Below, one piece after another: positions 60,740 through 64,000 of a stretch of DNA of 64,000 bases (position 1 is the first letter of the stretch; the number at the start of each line of letters is the position of its first letter). The position numbers and the translations under genes were made by a program. The notes beneath the pieces are model-generated. The model saw only the letters and a program-made list of their open reading frames with translations, did not search any database and was not told the origin of the DNA. Source of the stretch: an archaeon (GTDB taxonomy: Archaea > Asgardarchaeota > Thorarchaeia > Thorarchaeales > Thorarchaeaceae); contig JAJRZD010000012.1 of NCBI GenBank assembly GCA_024275415.1, positions 17,796 through 81,795 of the forward strand, read 5' to 3'.

Positions 60740-61312
60740 ATGAGTGAGCTGGATCTCGTATATCTATTCTGGATATTCTGTGCCACATTGGTCACATACC
60801 TTCCACTACTATACTATCTGATGGCTGGCTCAACCATCAAGGGTGAAGTGGAAAGAGGTGCCATCCGCACTCCTGCTGGGTTTGGGGCGAGGTATGCGAT
60901 GTTCCTTCTATCGGCATCCCTGACAAAGAGGAAATTGTTTAATGCCATTGTGTTGACCAGCCCTCTAACCACCTATTGGACGTTCTCACTCGTACTGGTT
61001 CCTCAGGCATTCCTGAAACTTCTCTATTACTCGTGGTGGTTCTGGCCTCTTCTCGCACTTCGAGGGTTGACAAGTGTCAGGCCGCCTGAAATCGAGGGGT
61101 TCGAAGAGTTCGGCGAGGAAACATATCGACAGGTGCTCCAGCAGGAGAACCCCATTGCGGAAGCCCTCGTGCTCATCAGGCACTACGAGAAACCACCTGT
61201 CCATCGTCAATATATCAAAGCAAAGGAGAGCCTCCTGCGTAGGGATGATGAAGTCGGTGACGTGTTTCGTGCCGCGTATGCTAGATTCGGGGATGAGTCT
61301 AGAGGGTTGTAA
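60740..61312 (+). CDS. Membrane protein (3-4 N-terminal TM + acidic soluble C-terminal domain), island-associated
   Basis: The ORF is 190 aa. The helices are LVYLFWIFCATLVTYLPLLYYLM and LLYYSWWFWPLLAL. I recognise no family. Confidence 0.4.
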   Translation: MSELDLVYLFWIFCATLVTYLPLLYYLMAGSTIKGEVERGAIRTPAGFGARYAMFLLSASLTKRKLFNAIVLTSPLTTYWTFSLVLVPQAFLKLLYYSWWFWPLLALRGLTSVRPPEIEGFEEFGEETYRQVLQQENPIAEALVLIRHYEKPPVHRQYIKAKESLLRRDDEVGDVFRAAYARFGDESRGL

Positions 61313-61653
61313 ACAGCTGCGCTAAACGTACCCAAACGTGGACGTCCCTTAGATGGACAGCCGAAGTAATGCATAGGGCTTTATAGACCCGACCACTCCT
61401 ACAGGAGTATGAGGACGACATGGCACACAAACGGCCTCGCAGAGTCCACCCAGTGCCGTTCTCTTGGAGTACAACACTCTGGTGACCAAGGTTGTACAAC
61501 TAAAAATGAACGGTAAGGCACATTCCTATCCTCAATACGATAGACAACCTCGACCAGCAGAACCCGAACTCGTCGACACCACCCCCAACGCAAGATCCGC
61601 CTACGGGAGGTTCGCAAAGTACTATCGATTATGATGGCACAGGTTTTGGAAAG

Positions 61654-62367
61654 ATGACAGGTACACATTATTTATTTTCCACAAGATATGCTCAGCAACA
61701 AGCCGATTCAAGTCTGTCTAGCTGGTGGACTGGTTGGTGGCCAGTGTTGCACGTTAAGGTGTCTAACATGGTTCTAAACAATCCAGTCAGTTATCACTAT
61801 ACTGTTGATCTGCTAGGCAGTTACAACATCATAGAATCAACGGCACAATTAACTGATGGTGAAGGACTATTTGATATTATTGATGGTGCTGTCGCATTTG
61901 CATCCGCAGCCCTGTATGGTGCTTTATACAGTGTTGGTTTTGGTCTTATTGCAGTCGCCGAGAATCTTTATCTCTCCCCCGATCCGTATACTAAGACCCT
62001 TGTGATAGGAGGTGCAATTGCCATAAGTATAACTACATTAGCAGCAGTAGCATATTGCGAGTACCGTGTATCCACCGGTGATTGGACCCATGCAACAGCG
62101 GGTTGGTTCTATGTTGCCCTTATGTACATGTTTGCCAGAATGATTGTAGGATACAAAACAGCGAAGGGAATCCTATCCACTCCAATACTGACCATCTTAC
62201 TGACCCAGCTCTCAATGGTTAACCCGCTATGGTATGCGGTGGATGTAGGACTTCTGGATACCTATGCTGCAATATGCAAATGGACAAAATTGGTGATAGC
62301 TGCTACGTTTGCTTTTTATATTCCATTGGTAGCATACCACTGGATGACTGCCCTCGGATGGCTGTAG
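61654..62367 (+). CDS. Paralog 3 of WWP-LHI membrane protein family; conserved 5' module is disrupted upstream of the annotated ATG (possible N-terminally truncated or pseudogene copy)
   Basis: ...SSWWTGWWPVLHVKVS...TVDLLGS, then ~5 TM. In-frame upstream sequence (61510-61653) encodes NTIDNLDQQNPNSSTPPPTQDPP...TIDYDGTGFG but has no canonical start codon. A separate short ORF (MAHKRPRRVHP...) carries the RVH prefix. Confidence 0.5.
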   Translation: MTGTHYLFSTRYAQQQADSSLSSWWTGWWPVLHVKVSNMVLNNPVSYHYTVDLLGSYNIIESTAQLTDGEGLFDIIDGAVAFASAALYGALYSVGFGLIAVAENLYLSPDPYTKTLVIGGAIAISITTLAAVAYCEYRVSTGDWTHATAGWFYVALMYMFARMIVGYKTAKGILSTPILTILLTQLSMVNPLWYAVDVGLLDTYAAICKWTKLVIAATFAFYIPLVAYHWMTALGWL

Positions 62368-62925
62368 GTGATTCCTATGCAAGTGGACATCAATGTTCTC
62401 CAGATATCTCTAGCCCTCCTCTTTATTTTTGGAGGGCTAGTATTCCTGAATCGTTCGACCCGCGTATCAAGAAAAATGGTTCATCTTGCTGTGGTGTACC
62501 CTGACGACGAAGACTATCAGGCGAAGATATCTCGACGTGAGAGAGAAACAAGACGAGTAGTGACGGAATGGAAACTGCTGGTCCTGCTGGAACTTGTATC
62601 CTGCGCCATTGGTGGGTATCTAGCAATAGGGTTCTTCGGATCGTTGTTCTTTGTAACAATGATTCTTTCGTCTCATTATATCAATAGAAGGAAGATTCCC
62701 CGTACAGATTATGATCCTTTGGTCGAATTAGCCAATAGAATTTTGGTAGTTGACATCCACGGAAACACGTCCTTGCACAATGCCAAGAACGCAATACTCC
62801 AGTTTATTCAGCAGCGCAAACTGACTGGACAAGAAACAACAAGACTATTGGACTATCTCATTCAATCGATGGCAATAACCAATGAGATCGAATCCGAACT
62901 TATAGGAAGCATCGGAAAGAGATGA
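62368..62925 (+). CDS. Membrane partner protein of paralog 3 (185 aa: 3 TM + soluble C-terminal domain)
   Basis: It starts immediately after the paralog 3 stop (TAGGTG...ATG at 62368). TM helices are ISLALLFIFGGLVFL and LLVLLELVSCAIGGYLAIGFFGSLFFVTMIL. Confidence 0.45.
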   Translation: MIPMQVDINVLQISLALLFIFGGLVFLNRSTRVSRKMVHLAVVYPDDEDYQAKISRRERETRRVVTEWKLLVLLELVSCAIGGYLAIGFFGSLFFVTMILSSHYINRRKIPRTDYDPLVELANRILVVDIHGNTSLHNAKNAILQFIQQRKLTGQETTRLLDYLIQSMAITNEIESELIGSIGKR

Positions 62926-63044
62926 CACATATAATGCAACTACAGCTCTATGATCCGATAGTGTATGTCTGGGCCTTCAGTGCCCTTCTACCTCTATTCT
63001 ACTGGCTGCTTTTCAGTTAAGGAAGCAAGCTTGCTGGGGTCGGA

Positions 63045-63284
63045 GTGCGGTTCTTTGACACTGCTCCGCGGACAGCAATCCTCTCAGAAGCAATTGGTAT
63101 TGGAGGAAGCATCATCCACATCATAATTGTTCCAGAAAGCATCTTGACAGTTGTCTTTCTGGCCGTGTGGGCAACCCCACTCATGATCGCAATGGCATAT
63201 CTCTCACAAGCATTACGGCATAGTATTGAGTCCCATCAATCTAACATATCCTCCTCAGAGAACATCCCTGACAGAAAATCCTGA
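63045..63284 (+). CDS. Small hydrophobic protein (79 aa, 2 TM)
   Basis: ORF with two hydrophobic helices. It lies between cassette 3 and cassette 4. Confidence 0.3.
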   Translation: MRFFDTAPRTAILSEAIGIGGSIIHIIIVPESILTVVFLAVWATPLMIAMAYLSQALRHSIESHQSNISSSENIPDRKS

Positions 63285-63346
63285 TTAATGATATCTTCTT
63301 TGTCGTTTCCTCCCGGGTCATCAAGTACGTGGGGGTCCTGGGCTAC

Positions 63347-64000
63347 CGCATGGACGGTTACTCCCTGGTGGACATGCGCGTCCACGACGTCAACGTGGTA
63401 GCAGACCTAAAAGCACCAAATTCAACATCACCTAATCCTAGTGTTCCAATTGAGAACGACGGCACCTTTACTGGTGTGTCTGAACATTCTGAAAAGAAAG
63501 TGGTTGTGGAGGATACAATGACAGTTTCTCTAGGTTTCATCAATATTGTGTGGACTCTGAATAACTTCTGGCCTCAACTACTAATTGATGTTCTGAGTCC
63601 AGATGCGGATAATCAACCATCAGTGGTACTACCCCCACTGATTTCCCTGAGAATTGATTTGCTTGGTGCAATAACAGTGAATACATTTACCATCTACGAT
63701 TTCCTTATTGATTCCGTTGGTGGCGACATCGGTGTACTCATAGGATGGATAGTCGAGTTCGTTAAGGACTTCATCATAGTGGTAAATTTCGCAGTTTTAG
63801 TTACTATGGCTTGGACTAGCTTTAGATGGGCAGATGGAGCTAGAGCGACCCAGCAATACTATGCAATGGGTGGTGCTTTAGCTGCAGGGTTGATACTTCT
63901 TGTAAGTAGTTTCACATTGGTAGAAGGTTTTCATCAGGCATCTCGAGAACTTGGCCTTGATGATGCATGGAGTACATACTTTTATCTCACAGTTCTAATA
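63347..64000 (+). CDS. Paralog 4 of WWP-LHI membrane protein family (divergent; runs off window end)
   Basis: MDGYSLVDMRVHDVNVVADLKAPNSTSPNPSVPIENDGTFTG...IVWTLNNFWPQLLIDVLS...RIDLLGA, then TM helices. The 5' ~45 nt are ~80% identical to paralog 1 at the nucleotide level. The alternative start is the ATG at 63371 (MRVHD). Confidence 0.55.

Overview
This 64-kb window looks like a densely coded chromosomal segment from an archaeon. The archaeal assignment rests on several signatures. TrpE is most similar to crenarchaeal TrpE. Two large surface proteins end in a Thr-rich linker, a single C-terminal TM helix and a basic tail, as archaeosortase (PGF-CTERM-like) substrates do. There is also a Ras/Rab-type small GTPase, a Roadblock/LC7-like protein, an LRR protein and a PH-like domain protein, a combination typical of Asgard archaea. 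The Asgard (for example Thorarchaeota-like) placement is a tentative inference from sequence only.

Content from 5' to 3':
- Region 1-4734: a giant secreted protein that fuses a family-5 solute-binding (DppA/OppA-like) domain to a subtilisin S8 peptidase; its C-terminus runs off the window.
- Region 4.9-16.3 kb: housekeeping and accessory enzymes. These are an Lpd-like flavoprotein disulfide reductase, a DsrE-like protein, an NAD-epimerase, GNAT acetyltransferases, an 1111-aa GNAT-fusion protein, and a formate-dehydrogenase-like molybdopterin oxidoreductase with an inserted 2x[4Fe-4S] ferredoxin module.
- Region 16.3-21.2 kb: a decayed stretch. It holds an orphan MNT nucleotidyltransferase abutting a truncated LigB/DODA dioxygenase, a membrane-protein gene split by a 74-bp insertion bounded by perfect 37-bp direct repeats, and an M29 aminopeptidase with an in-frame TAA.
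- Region 21.2-34.4 kb: a PAS histidine kinase, a PduO-type corrinoid adenosyltransferase, an LRR protein, wHTH regulators, a TauE/SafE exporter, a HepT/MntA toxin-antitoxin pair, a Roadblock-like protein, an MFS (GPH) symporter, a PadR regulator, the small GTPase and a YcaQ/AlkZ-like DNA glycosylase.
- Region 34.7-42.5 kb: a second secreted S8 peptidase, oligopeptidase B, and an 881-aa surface protein.
- Region 42.5-55.4 kb: a complete, translationally coupled 14-gene aro-trp supraoperon in the order trpE-trpG-aroB-DAHPS-trpD-trpC-trpF-trpB-trpA-aroD-aroE-aroK-aroA-aroC. Its enzymes are bacterial-type (P-loop AroK, type I dehydroquinase, type Ibeta DAHP synthase with an N-terminal regulatory domain).
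- Region 56.4-64.0 kb: the most unusual part. It is an AT-richer island, entirely on the + strand. It carries at least four paralogous polytopic membrane-protein genes that share a conserved N-terminal module (VD-R-HD-NVV-DL...PNSSTP...DYDGT...WWGWWP-LHI...DLLG). Their 5' ends are conserved at the nucleotide level but their bodies are divergent. Three of the four are followed within 0-81 bp by an unrelated small membrane protein. One paralog has its 5' module disrupted.

I recognised no tRNA, rRNA, CRISPR array, integrase or transposase anywhere in the window.
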